Source: Eledone cirrhosa (lineage: Eukaryota). From it: DNA of 64,000 nt. Location of the stretch: positions 186,992,001-187,056,000 of the forward strand of contig OZ024740.1 in assembly GCA_964016885.1 (NCBI GenBank). The letters run 5' to 3'. Below the pieces are notes generated by a model, which saw only the letters and a list, made by a program, of their open reading frames with translations, made no database searches and had not been told where the DNA came from. Position numbers and translations under genes: made by a program. Positions 48,946-62,205 of the stretch are shown here, piece by piece. The stretch's first letter is position 1. Each line of letters starts with the position of its first letter.

Positions 48946-50378
48946 TTTATACACATACATATATATACATCAACATTACCATTTAACATCTATTCTCCAT
49001 GCTGGCATGAGTTAGATAGGTTGTCACATTATGAGGTTAGACAAGTCCGGTGAACACAGCTTCCTCAAAAAATTCCTATTTTAGTTTGGTTTTCAATGGC
49101 TGGATTCCCTTCCTAATGCCAACCATTTTACAGCATGTAGTGTACCAGCTCTACCTTTTTACAGAATGGACGGGTTCTTTTTGTTGTGTTACCACCATTA
49201 ACACCTTACATGGTGAACTGGATGTACTGTGAACTGGACGCTTTGTGAATTGGGTGTTTTTCATGTCACCACTGCTACCTCACATATTTTCTGGACATTG
49301 TTATAAGTCACATAAATTGGTTTAGTAATGACATGAATAACTATTACAGTAAAAAAAGCTAAAGAGTAAATAAAACACTGCTGTTATCCAAATATGGTAT
49401 ATATTTGCACATTAAACAGACAACTTGGAAGGATTTAAATAGTAAAACACTTAATGTAGATATTATAGTCTCAGTAACTTTTATAATGGAATATTGTGTT
49501 TGCTTTAGCCAGAAACATTCAAATGTATTTAACATTCATTTTTTTTTTTATTATTTAATTTCTTGCTGTTTTTTTTCTTTCTTTTCCTGGTCGTATCTTT
49601 TGTTAATGTTTTCAAATTTTAATTGCATAGCTTGTGGAATAATAATTTGAGATATATTAAAAACAAAATTAAGTATTCCACCACCCCATCCCCCATGATA
49701 CTCCATGTTTTAATAGTTATTGTAAAATTATTTTTTGCATTAAGATAAAATCGTATCATCACTATTACCACTGCCACCACTAATATCACCACCACTGCTA
49801 CTACTACTACTGCTGCTACTACCACGACTACTAATATTACTCATTTTTCATTATGGATTTTTAGAATTGAAAAGCTGTACTTTTTCAAAATGAAATCTGT
49901 TTCCCTTAATCTTTCATAATTACCTTTGAATACAAATAAAATTGGAAGCAATAATTTTAAATCTAATTTATAAATCCTTAGTACTTCTTTTGACAGATTT
50001 ATTGTTTGTTTTGCTCAGATGTTAAAAAAGAAGCCGATAAGTAAGCTTCAAAGTCATTTTTTCCCCCGAGATAATATCTCATTGAAACTATTTCTCACTT
50101 GGTATTTTTTTCTTTTTTATAAAACACTGTACTATAAATACTTGTTGCTAGTGAGGTACATTTATAGCATAGCAATAAACGACTCTTGTGAACAATGTTA
50201 GCAAAAGATAGAGGGGTGATGATTTTTCCTGTGATGCTAACAAACTTATACAAAATAAAATATTTGGGGAAATTACAATGGTTATCATAATCATTATTCA
50301 ACATCTGTTCTCCCTGCTAGGAAATTCATCTACACACCTATACACACACACTCACACACAAATATATATATATATAGT

Positions 50379-50725
50379 GGAGGCACATGGCTTAGTGGTT
50401 AGAGCATTGGCCTTGCAATCGAAAGGTTGTGAGTTCAATTCTCAGACCGGGTGATGTGTTGTTTCCTTGAGCAAGACACTTTATTTCACATTGCTCCAGT
50501 TTACTCAGCTGTAGAACTGAGATGATAGGGACTGGGGTCCCTATCATTCCACTGCAAAGTGGTCATAGAGGTGCCACGGAAAAAAAGCACCCAGCACTCA
50601 CTGTAAATGAGGTTGGTGTTAGGAAGGGCATCCAGCTGTAGAAATCAAGCCAGAATCAGTTCCCGTCCCACCCTTGCAAGCAGGGAAAAAGCGGACGTAA
50701 AATGAAACGATGAAATGATGATGAT
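50379..50725 (+). mobile_element. tRNA/CORE-like SINE with RTE tail (second copy)
   Basis: Highly similar to 5495-5879, with one fewer internal tail repeat unit; flanked by TA-rich sequence. Confidence 0.9.
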
Positions 50726-50824
50726 ACATATGCATATAATACTAGTGCAATGAAAAATGCACCCAGCATACTCTGTAAAGAGCATCTTGCTGCAGAAACT
50801 ATACCATGATCAGTTGAGAGTATT

Positions 50825-52168
50825 CATTGTCACCAGCAGAACAACCTTTCTAGTGAGGTAACTACAAGAGAGGTTCTTAGAGAAGAATAAGCCACTATAC
50901 TTAGCTTTTGTTGACCTAGAGAAGGCCTTTGATAGGGTACCCCAATCTGTCATCTGGTGGTCCCCAAGGAAACTAGGTGTAGAGGAATGGCTTGTGAGGA
51001 CAGTGCAAGCTATGTCAGTAAAGTGAGAATAGGAATGAAATTTAGTGAGGAATTCCAGATACAAGTAGGTGTACATCAAGGTTCGGTCCTCAGCCCACAT
51101 TTGTTCATTATAGTCCTCCAAGTCATAACAGAGGAGTTTAAGACTGGATGCCCATGAGAACTTCTCTATGCTGATGATCTGGTTCTTATAGCAGAATCAG
51201 TAGTGGAGCTAGAGAATAATTCCTGGCTGTGGAAACAGCAGTTGGAATCAAGAGGCCTGAGAGTGAACATAGCTAAAACAAAAGTGTTGATAAGTAGAAG
51301 AGAGGACAATACTCTGATTTCATCAGGGAAATGGCCATGTTCGATATATAGGAAAGGAACTGGCATAAATTCTATAAAATGTACGCAATGCAGATCTTGG
51401 ATACACCAGAGATGTAGTAGGATAGCAGGCAAACTAACAGGTAGGGAAAACTATGTATGCAGTAGATGTACAGGGAAAGTTGGCAGTAGTAATCGCTGTG
51501 ATAGACACATTTTTCCAATGCAGGTGGGTTCTATAGAAGTGGTTGATAGCTTTTGGTACCTTGGTGATCAGATTGGCATGGGAGGGTGAGGGGTGGGGGG
51601 TCGAGGTCATAGTATCTAGAATAAGGATGGGTTGGAAGAAGTTTAGGGAGCTGCTTCCTCTGTTGACAAAGAAAGGTTTCTCCCTGCGTATGAAAGGACA
51701 GTTATATGATGCCTGTGTGAGATGCGCGATGCTGTATGGTAATGAGACATGGGCAGCAACTGCAGAAGATATGCGACGACTGGAGAGAAATGAAGCAAGT
51801 ATGATCCGTTGGATGTGCAATGTCAATGTGCGTGAACGACCAAGCATAAACGAGTTGAGAAAGAAACTGGGTATAAGAGGGATAATTTGTTGTGTGCAGG
51901 AGAGAAGGCTGAGGTGGTATAGACATGTGATGCGCATGGAGGATGACCGCTGGGTGAAGTCCCAGTAGAGGGAAGATGCAGTAGAAGTAGACCTTGAAAA
52001 ACATGGGCGGAGATGGTGAGAGCAGACCTCAGATCACTGAAACTCACTGAGGAGATGACGAAGGCCCGTGACAAGTGGAGAGATGCTGTGCTGAATAGGA
52101 CCCGTCCAACCTTTGCAAGCAGGGAAAAGCGGACTTAAAATGATGATGATGATGATGATGATGATGAT
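50825..52168 (+). mobile_element. RTE LINE 3' portion, sister subfamily, (GAT)n tail
   Basis: FVDLEKAFDRV, GVHQGSVLSP, LYADD, YGNETW, RRLRWY; very short 3' UTR ending GCAAGCAGGGAAAAGCGGACTTAAAA(TGA)n. Confidence 0.9.
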
Positions 52169-52254
52169 ATATATATAATAATAATAATAATGAAATTATT
52201 GTGTACAGTGCTCAGGTGCACTACAAGAAATTCTTTTAAGATGTATTTAGTCTA

Positions 52255-52325
52255 GGAGTTTACAGGGATTGAACCCCAGACCAAGATCTCCACCATCTCT
52301 AACACCTACCACTAGGCCACCAAGA
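52255..52325 (-). mobile_element. tRNA-like SINE head
   Basis: Minus strand TGGCCTAGTGG (A box) and GGTTCAATCC (B box); no full cloverleaf. Confidence 0.45.
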
Positions 52326-53716
52326 AGGGTGTTAGGTAGAGACGTACCATAATAAATGAGATCCTTATATTAGTGAGGGGTAACTGGAAAAGTTATTTCA
52401 TTGATCCAATAAACTTTGTGGTATTTAGTTCCATGTGTTATGTCTCTTTACACTGATAGGCTTTGTTGTTGTTTCCTATATAATAAATACCAGCCAAATA
52501 AAATGTAGTGTCTCATTTCTCTGAAAGAAACAAACATTAGAATAATAGTAAAATCATAATCCCAGACTATAAAGGATAATTATGGAATTAATATTATTCA
52601 TATTTAGTTTTTAAACTTCTATGCAGATAGCTGAGAGTGATATTAATTTTTTTAACTTGATGTCCTTTTTTCCAGTCTTGTCAATGTTTAACTATGTCTC
52701 ACCAGCCTCTTCTGCTGCACACCACTTTTTAATATGATTATTTACACCACTTATCAAATGTGGGTGAGCACACACAGGACAGTGGGGTAAAGGTTTAAAG
52801 AGTTAGGAGAAATGTAATCATTAAGAGTAAAATATTTGGTCATAGATTTTAAAATAGAATCTGGTCTATACAATACAGTACAAATGACAAACCAAAATAC
52901 CTTAGCATTTACAAAAGAGCAAAACCAACAAAATTTGTATAAATATATATTTTGAACAAAAGAACATACCAACATAATACATTTATGTAAAATAAATCTA
53001 TTAAGTATTCAAAGAAAATTGTGAGAAACAATAATTAGATTCTAAAATATTAGTTTCTAATCATTTCATAATTTCTATAACAACAATGAATTATAATTTG
53101 TCTAGCACTTTAAAGAAAAAGTTAATGATGTATATATAAGTTTTGTTTGTGCATCTAGCACCCACTACCTAGTGTGTTGTTACTAAGTGCTACAAAATAA
53201 CATATGATATTGGCAAAGTTTATGTCCTTCAGGTAATACATAAGTTTTTCTATGGTACTTCTAAAACTAAATAAATGTACACATCTGAGCACAAGCATGA
53301 CCAAATTGTGAAAGAATTTGCATTGGAATGATTAAGTCTCAAGTTTGCTTTCACCTTCTAACATAATTGGTGTCTTCTACAACTGTTCTGGATTGAGCTA
53401 TGGTCTGTGAATGATATTTGGTAAAGAGACTGTATGATAGTTTATCAAAAAGCTGTGCATAAAATTCAAAGGGTGATCCTTGTCACATAATGTTATGTTG
53501 ATTCTATGGGGTCTAATTGGAAGCAATTTGCCCTAAATACTGCCTAGAAAGAAAGTGTTTGTAAGTGATATATATTGATTCTTCTATGAATAAAAGTGGC
53601 ATTGTGTTGGTTAAGGTGGCATTGTGTGCCACCTTAACCAACTTTTCTAGTAAAAATGTTTAGCCACACTCCCACACGAACATTCAAACGCACACACACA
53701 TATGTTTATATGTATA

Positions 53717-54118
53717 CATCATCATCGTTTAAATGTCCATTTTCCATGCTAGCATGGGTTAGACAGGTTGTCCCATTTGAGTTAAGTTGGATCAGGTGTC
53801 TATATCTTACTCATATAGGTCTGTTTCTGGCTATGTTTATACAACTGGATGCCCCTCCTAATGCTAACCACATTTACAGTGCATGCTGGGTGCTTTCTGT
53901 CATGACACCTACATGACCACATTACAGTTTAGGCTGGGTGTTTTTTGTTGTGACACATACATGACTACTTTAGTTTGGGCTGGGTGCTTTTTGTCATGAC
54001 ACCTGCATGACCACATTTCAGTTTGGGTTGGGTGCTTTTTGTCATCACACGTACATGACCACATTACAGTTTGGGCTGGGTGCTTTTTGTCATGACACCT
54101 ACATGACCACTTTCCAGT
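53717..54118 (-). repeat. RTE-type 3' tail with an expanded ~47 bp minisatellite (about 5 units)
   Basis: Unit CATGACCACATTACAGTTTGGGCTGGGTGCTTTTTGTCATGACACCTA repeated at 53868-54115, next to a CATCATCAT-CGTTTAAATGTCCA tail. Confidence 0.85.
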
Positions 54119-54427
54119 ATGGTCTGAATATATGTTGTTCACAGTGCAAGGATGATATGGACAGGAGTGGGTGTGTGCGTGTGTGTGGGGCGGGGCCCAA
54201 CTCTACATAAGACTGACTTCATATGACAAGCAAGTTTGTTTTTCCACTTGCAATAATAAAGTGTAAGATCACATCACATGTATATATTTTGACTTCAAAG
54301 TAGTTTTTCAGTACAAATGTAAATCATTAAGGTTATACTGTATACATCTGGTACTGTATACTGCCACTCCACCTCCAATATATGTGTGTGTGAGTGGGTG
54401 TATATATATATACATATATATACATAT

Positions 54428-54460
<33 letters not shown>

Positions 54461-55637
54461 AACATATATATTTACATATACAAATATATATATACACATA
54501 CAATAAAGTAACAGATGAAATTCAATATTTTTCTGGTGTTCTTTTCTTTTTGTTTTAAATATTTATCATCATATTGACCACATATGTTATTTCATATCAC
54601 TTGTCTAACTGAATACATTGCATATTTGAAGTTGTTTAACAGCTAATATTTATAACTGTACAAAGCTACAAAGCTAAATTTTCTATGAATTTGTGAGTGT
54701 GTGTGTGTATGCTGTTTTTCTTGTTGGGGACAGAAAATAACATGAGAGAAAAAAATACTTCAAGATATCATATTACAATCTGCTTTGAATACCAAAATTT
54801 ACCAGAATGCTACTTTGGAACACTCTATAATAAAAACATACAAATAGCAATAACCAAATAAAATGTATAAAACTTACAAAGACTACAACAGATATTCTTA
54901 ATAAGGTGAGAGAGAGAGGGAGAGAGATAGAGAAAGTGAGAGAGACACATATATATATATATATATATATATATGGTGGCTGCCAACTCGTTTTCGAGTA
55001 TGGCCACTACTTTATATCCGTGTAGGAGAACACCTACCGATGCGCTGAACAAGTGTGACTTTTTAGTCCAGCCAGCGACTTGAAAACTCTGGTACAAACA
55101 CTACACTTGTGACAATTATTGACACATAGTGCTGGGCCCATGGTACCATGTGATGACAAGTGCAGAGAGATCTCCAGATACAAAGCAATGCCTGTGCCGT
55201 GAAGCTTTTATAGTGAGCAAAGGCACTGCACAAAGCCAGTCCCACTCTCTTAACCAAGATGATATTTACCAAAAAGAAGAACAAGTCAACATCATTGGAT
55301 ACCATCAGAGTTGCAGGTGATATTTCAGAGTTTTCCTTCTCCTAGAATTCTGCCTTGACAAAGGCTAAGGGGTCATCTCTCCCAGTGATTTTGGATGGCC
55401 ATTGACTCTTAAGAGCTCCTTTTCCCTTTGACAGATTTTGTTTTTAGTCCTGCAGGATGTCCAAAATCACCCTCCTCACCAAGAAACCTTGGTGGGGTTG
55501 CCAGTTTAGTTGCCATCGACCCAACCATGAGACAGGTTGTACTGGGATACATGATACATATATATATATACATATATACATATATATATATACATATATA
55601 TATATACATATATATATACATATATAGATATATATAT

Positions 55638-55696
<59 letters not shown>

Positions 55697-55702
55697 TACA
55701 TA

Positions 55703-56968
55703 CAAAGGACTTAAAATTAACCTGGCTAAGACCAAAGTACTAGTTTGTAGGAAAGAAAACAAGGCGGCGGTCCCTTCTGGGAAATGGTCGTGCTCGGTGT
55801 GTAGGAAAGGCGTAGGTAGAAACTCCATTTTATGTCCTAAATGCAAAGTATGGGTGCATAAAAGATGTAGTGGGATCACAGGTAGGCTAACTAAGAACAT
55901 AGATTTTACATGTGGCCGGTGCTCTGGTGCAATAAGTAGCAGCAAGTGCCCACAAACTACTAGCTCTTTCAATTGCGCAGAGGGTTCTATAGAAATAGTG
56001 GACAGCTTCCGTTAACTGGGCGATAAAATCAGCAGTGGGGGAGGGTGCTCTGAAAGTACTGTAGCTAGAGTCAGAACTGGTTGGAAAAAGTTCAGAGAGC
56101 TTATACCACTATTAGCTGCTAAAGGGTTCTCACTAAAAATGAAAGGCAGGTTGTACGATGCCTGCATACGAACAGCAATGCTGCATGGCAGTGAGACCTG
56201 GGCATTGTGTGCAGAGGATATACGCAGACTAGAGAGGAACGAAGCTTGCATGCTCCGCTGGATGTGTAACAGTAATATACGTGAACGGCAAAGCATAAAC
56301 GAACTAAGGAATAAATTAGAGATAAGAGGGATCAGATGTTGTTTACTCGAGAGAAGGCTACGTTGGTATGGACACGTGATGCGCATGAAAGTCGATAGCT
56401 GTATAACAAAGTGCAGGGCAATAAAGATAGACGGTAGTCACGGAATAGGCAGACCTAGAAAAACCTGGGACGAGCTGATAAACTCCGACATCACACACTT
56501 ACACCTCTCCAAGACAATGTCACTGGACCGAGACCTTTGGCGGTACTCAGTAACAGAGAAGACCCGCCTTACCTAAATATATAGTAAAACCTACTCCAGC
56601 CAGTAGGCATCTCTAACAAATACACCCCATCCCACCACCCCCACCCGATCCACACCACCCCGTTCTATGTAAAGTTATGTTGGTGCCGCGCCATCGAGGC
56701 CGAAACAAATGAGATCGTGTAGGTGTCACGACAAAAAAACACACAGTCCACGCTGTAATGTGGCCGTGTAGGCAACACGGTAAAAACCTCCCAGACCCAC
56801 ACTGTAAATGTGGTTGGTGTTAGGAAGGGCATCCAACTGTAGAAAACCTGCCAGACAGTCCTATGCGAGCAAGACAATCACTCTTGCCTCAAGTGGGACT
56901 ACCCCCGTCCAAACCCATGCAAGCGTGGAACACGGACGTTAAACGCTGATGATGATGATGATGATGAT
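55703..56968 (+). mobile_element. RTE LINE 3' portion with complete 3' UTR, in (TA)n
   Basis: [10 protein letters not shown]...HGSETW...GRPRKTW; (GAT)n tail; TA/CA tracts on both sides. Confidence 0.93.
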
Positions 56969-56986
56969 ACATATATATATATATAT

Positions 56987-57017
<31 letters not shown>

Positions 57018-57038
57018 TACATATATATATACATATAT

Positions 57039-57093
<55 letters not shown>

Positions 57094-57103
57094 TATATAT
57101 ATA

Positions 57104-57826
57104 TAACTTTGAATAACTTTGAAATGTTTTGGCCAGTATTGGCCCAGGCCATGTCTAACTTAATAGCACCACCTGGCGAAGTCTTTCAATTCAGGATTTG
57201 GGCACCATGGCCCATTCGAGAAGAGAATTACTGTTTGCGGAGACATATCCGGGTGTGGGTGGTTTGTCCGGGATTACTTGGAGGAATTTGTCCAAAGACT
57301 TCTTGAATTTTGTGTGGTCAGTTTCTGTTTTGACGTGTCCTGGTGTGATGTTGAAGAGAGAAGGGCCGATTGAGGTGAAATAATTGTGCCGTATTGTTGT
57401 TATGAGTTGCGATTTAGATTTTTGAATGGGACGGATAGCACGGGTCCCAAGCCTTGGGTCTATCTTGAAGGCGATGCCAACATCATTTGGGCAGTGATGA
57501 TGGAACATTTTCCACATCATGCAGATAATATAACGCTCACGGCGACGTTGGAGTGAGTAAAGTTTCAGGTTTTCTAATCGACCCCAGTAGTCAAGGTCTG
57601 ACAAGCCATCTATCTTTTTCCTGATTGCCCTTTGAGGAGCTTCAAGTTTCATGATACTTTGTTTCGTGTGGGGAGACCACAGTGGACAACAGTATTCAAG
57701 GTGTGGTCGGGCAAAAGTAGAGAAGAGAAGGATAATGGTGCGGGAATCTCTCGACTGGAAGGTTCTGAGGATCCAGGAACACATTCTGCGGGCCATGTCA
57801 ACTTTGCTGCTTATATGCGTGGTCCA
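57104..57826 (-). mobile_element. CR1/L2-group LINE 3' fragment
   Basis: RPHLEYCCPLWSPH...LEAPQR...LYSLQRRRER (ORF 57191-57796); short tandem tail (TTCAAAGTTA)2 next to (TA)n. Confidence 0.85.
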
Positions 57827-58180
57827 TAAAGAAAAAGAGATGAAATCGAAAATGCAACTGGAGTCTTATTTTTTTTTTAAATATATATATTTATTTGGTT
57901 CCTTTACCGGTTTCGCAGTTCTTCTGCTTTTCAAAAGGTGAGTTGAGATGGAGGGTCTGTGGTTTTTCTCACATCTGGTTGGTCTCTGAATGTTACTTGT
58001 TTTATATGGAAAAAGTGGCTCGAAATGCCAGGTTTTTCGAGAAGTAACTTGATTGGTTTGTCAATAATTATAATAAATTTCGCACCAGTTTGCGTTACAA
58101 TAGTTCTTCAAATAAGAGCGGGGATGGGGGGGGGGGTCACAGGTAGTTTTTTTTCATATATGAGTGTTTGAATTTCTTTT

Positions 58181-58467
58181 TACTTGAAAAAAGGAGGCTC
58201 ACGAAGCCTTTTTTTTGGTTGGTTATAAATGAAATTATGGCTGTCACGTGAACAAATTTTCATAAGATTTTTGTGCCCTTATTTGGAAATCCATTCTGTA
58301 GCCTTTTTAGAGAATATTTTGATAAGTGAAAGATAATGGTCAAGAGAAAGGGATGGAAGAATTGTTCTGGTTCAGTGAATATGGTTAGTTCGCTGGGGTG
58401 TCAGAATTCAGATTTTCTATTGAATAAAGAAAGTAAAGATATGTGTGTTTATTTGTGTGCTTGTGTG

Positions 58468-58500
<33 letters not shown>

Positions 58501-58554
58501 TTGTATTTCTTTACTTTAAAAAAAAGCCTTCGTGAGCCACCTTTTTTTAAAGTA
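58181..58554. mobile_element. Candidate MITE with ~36 bp imperfect TIRs
   Basis: TACTTGAAAAAAGGAGGCTCACGAAGCCTTTTTTTT (58181) versus the reverse complement of 58518-58554; TA at both outer ends. Confidence 0.5.
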
Positions 58555-58555
58555 T

Positions 58556-61160
58556 TTTGTTAGAGATGCCTACTGACTGTAGTAGGTTTTACTTTGTATT
58601 TAGGTAAGGCGGGTCTTCTCTATTACTGAGTACCGCCAAAGGTCTCGGTCCAGTGACATTGTCTTGGAGAGGTGTAAGTCTGTGAGGTCGGAATTTATCA
58701 GCTCGTCCCAGGTTTTTCTGGGTCTGCCTACTCCGTAGCTACCGTCTATCTTTATTGCCCTGCACTTTGTTATACAGATGTCGTCTTTCATGCGCATCAC
58801 GTGACCATACCAACGTAGCCTTCTCTCGAGTAAACAACATCTGATCCCTCTTATTTCTAATTTTTTCCTTAGTTCGCTTATGCTTTGCCGTTCACGTATG
58901 TTACTATTACACATCCAGCGGAACATGCAAGCTTCGTTCCTCTCTAGTCTGCGTATATCCTCTGCACACAATGCCCAGGTCTCACTGCCATGCAAAATTG
59001 CTGTTCGTATGCAGGCATCATACAACCTGCCTTTCATTTTTAGGGAGAACCCTTTAGTGGCTAATAGTGGTATAAGCTCTCTGAACTTTTTCCATCCAGG
59101 TCTGACTCTAGCTACTGTACTTTCAGAGCACCCTCCCTCACTGCTGATTTTGTCACCCAGGTAACGGAAGCTGTCCACTATTTCTATAGAACCCTTTGCG
59201 CAATTGAAAGAGCTAGTATTTGTGGGCACTTGCTGCTACTTATTGCACCAGAGCACCGGCCACATGTAAAATCTATGTTCTTAGTTAGCTTACCTGTGAT
59301 CACACTACATCTTTTATGCACCCATACTTTGCATTTGGGACATAAAATGGAGTTTCTACCTACGCCTTTCCTACAGACTGAGCATGGCCATTTCCCGGAA
59401 GGGACCGTCGCCTTATTTTCTTTCCTACAAACTAGAACTTTAGTCTCAGCCAGGTTAATTTTAGGCCCTTTTGATTCTAGACCATGCTTCCATGTTTGGA
59501 ATTTCTTCTCTAGCTCGGCCATTGATTCAGCTATGAGCGTTAGATCATCTGCGTATAGGAGTTCCCATGGGCAGCCGGTCTTGAACTCGACTGTTATAGC
59601 CTGAAGGGCAATAATAAATAGTAGGGGGCTAAGAACAGAGCCCTGATGTACACCAACTTTTACACTAAACTCTTCACTATATTCGTTGTTAATTCTAACC
59701 TGGCTGACTGTTTCTTTATACATAGCTTGTATAGCTCTCACAAGCCATTCGTCAACACCTAGTTTTCTAAGAGCCCACCAGATAATGGAACGGGGGACTC
59801 TGTCGAAGGCATTCTCCAAGTCAACAAAAGCTAAGTATAGGGGTTTACTTTTAGCTAGGTACTTCTCCTGTAGTTGTCGTACAATGAAAAGAGCGTCTGT
59901 GGTACTTTTGCCTGACACAAAACCGAACTGCATTTCATCTAGATCAATTCTCTCTCTGATTAGTTGCGCTATAACTTTTTCCGTGACCTTCATGACCTGG
60001 TCGATTAATTTAATGCCTCTATAGTTACTCCTATCTAGGGCGTCTCCTTTACCCTTGTAACAGTTAATGATGATGCTGCTACGCCAGTCCTTCGGAACAA
60101 CCCCATTCTGTATGACTTGGTTTACTATCCGGGTGACCATGGTGTGTCCCACCGTTCCAGAGGCTTTTAGCATCTCAGCAACTATTTCCGAAGGCCCAGC
60201 TGCCTTACCCATCTTCATATCTTTGATTGCCTTACTTATTATACTACCTTCGACTAACACTGCCGGTCCCTCTATTGGGTCGATGTGGGGAGACTGTCTT
60301 TCTCCCATTTATTCTCCTCATTTAGAAGCCTTTCATAGTGACACTTCCAAGCTACCTTCTTTCACCGTCAGTGATGGCAAGTACACCATCATCATTAAGT
60401 ACACATTTCTACCCGACAATATCACGGTTTTCCTTGACACATTGCCTAGCAATCCTGAACACCTCACGTTTTTGGTCCTCACGTTGTAGAACATGCTTGA
60501 ACTTTCTTTCGTCTGCTTCTCTTCTTGCGAAGTACACTTGTGTCCTAGCTTCCCTCCTGGCCACTTGATAGTCTTCTCTACTTCCCCCATCCCGCCATAC
60601 TTTCCAAGCCTGCTTTTTGGCCTTAATTGACTCCTCCACCTTACTGTTCCACGACCATGTTACTCTCCTCATACCTAAAGGCCTGTCCAGCCACAGACTT
60701 CGTCTGCCGCCGTCAGCAGGTTTGCTTTCAGGAATTCCCACTGTTCCTCTATATTATCTGACTCTAATTGCTCTTCCTTACTGTCGAAAGCATCAAGTAA
60801 CATGCTTTGAAATTTATTTCTGGCTGTGGGGTACTTTAACTTCTATATTTTTCTCCTGAGGATATTCCTCTTCTGTTGTCTAGTACGTCTCATCCTGACT
60901 ATGAGGTCACTAATTAGCAGTCTATGATGGGAGGTGCATTCTTCATGGGGGAGGGATTTAGTGTTTACAACAGACACTCTGTCACGTCCTCTGGTAAGGA
61001 TATAATCTACCTGGCTGGTATCTTCCCCCGATCTGTAGGTGATCAAGTGATTGTCCCGTATTTTGGAGTTAGTGTTACAGATAGATAGGTTATTTGCATC
61101 ACAGAATTTCAGGATTCTAGAACCTTCCTCATTTCTAGTACCAAACCCATAGCCTCCGTA
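58556..61160 (-). mobile_element. RTE LINE (same family as 8161-12512), truncated at both ends
   Basis: 374-aa RT ORF 59184-60308 with LLYADD, C-terminal ORF 58600-59229, APE tail SQVDYIL; 5' side ends in (TA)n. Confidence 0.95.
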
Positions 61161-61161
61161 G

Positions 61162-61238
<77 letters not shown>

Positions 61239-61253
61239 CATATATATATATAC

Positions 61254-61312
<59 letters not shown>

Positions 61313-61317
<5 letters not shown>

Positions 61318-61870
61318 ATCTATCTATCTAAGGCGGGTAAAATTCCCGAGATCCATGGACGATTTCTCTCCAGCGGTCTTTGTCCCTCATTATCGCTGCC
61401 ATATCCTGCATCTCCAACAGACCAGTGTCTGTCCTTAGGGCATCAACATATGTTAACCTTGGTCTTCCTCTCCTAGTGTGTCCATGTAGGGGCTCCCAAA
61501 GGAGCACTGAGTGATGTCGGTGAGCATGTCCAGCCAACCTCAGTCTCCTCTGTGTCACTTTTGAGCTGACTTTTGGGATGCTCCCATATAGCTCTGAGTT
61601 TTTCATCCTCAGTGTATACTGATTAATGTTCAGAGCCATCCTCAGCATTCTCGTGTAGCACCCATCCACCATCTGAGTGAGTCTCTTGGTCAGTGTCCAA
61701 GTCTCAGACCCATACAGCAGCACAGACTCCACTACAGCAATGAAGAGGTGGATTTTCAGGTCTCTACAAAGGTCCGAATTCCACACCGATCTCAAGCTGT
61801 GACACGCCGCCCAGGCCTTGCTCTTCCTCTCAACCACATCATCTTCCGTATTCCCAATCTTTGCTCCCAA
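61313..61870 (-). mobile_element. 3' fragment of a distinct RTE-group LINE with a (TAGA)n tail
   Basis: [14 protein letters not shown]...[12 protein letters not shown]...[10 protein letters not shown]; the stop codon runs directly into TAGATAGATAGA; TA tracts on both sides. Confidence 0.85.
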
Positions 61871-61904
<34 letters not shown>

Positions 61905-61928
61905 GTATATGTATACAGATATATATAC

Positions 61929-61973
<45 letters not shown>

Positions 61974-62160
61974 CACATATATATATAGACATATATATAT
62001 ACATATTGTTATACTTTGGGAGGGTCATGTTGCCAAAAAGAAACACACGCACCAGTTGCTTTCACTTCAATTTATTATATATTTATAAATTTATAAATTT
62101 ACAAACTTATAAATTTCTGGTTGGTTGGTTGGTTCCACAACCAGATAGTTGTTTATATAT

Positions 62161-62205
62161 AGTCATAGTCCTTTCGTCACACACTCTGTGACCTCTTCAG
62201 TGACT
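62161..62205 (-). ncRNA. Minimal type I hammerhead ribozyme motif in Penelope pLTR
   Basis: Minus strand AGTCA-CTGAAGA-G-GTCACA-GAGTG-TGTGAC-GAAA-GGAC-TA-TGACT: 5-bp stem I, intact CUGANGA/GAAA core, 6-bp stem II, 1-bp stem III with tetraloop, UH site. Confidence 0.8.

Noticed and set aside
53868-54115. CRISPR-like array
   Set aside because: Head-to-tail minisatellite without unique spacers, derived from a retroposon 3' tail.
55320-55555. Ribozyme in an RTE-like 5' UTR relic (minus strand CTAGGAGAAGGAAAACTCTG)
   Set aside because: It resembles a recurrent RTE 5' UTR motif from memory, but it is too decayed to fold an HDV-like or twister structure by eye.
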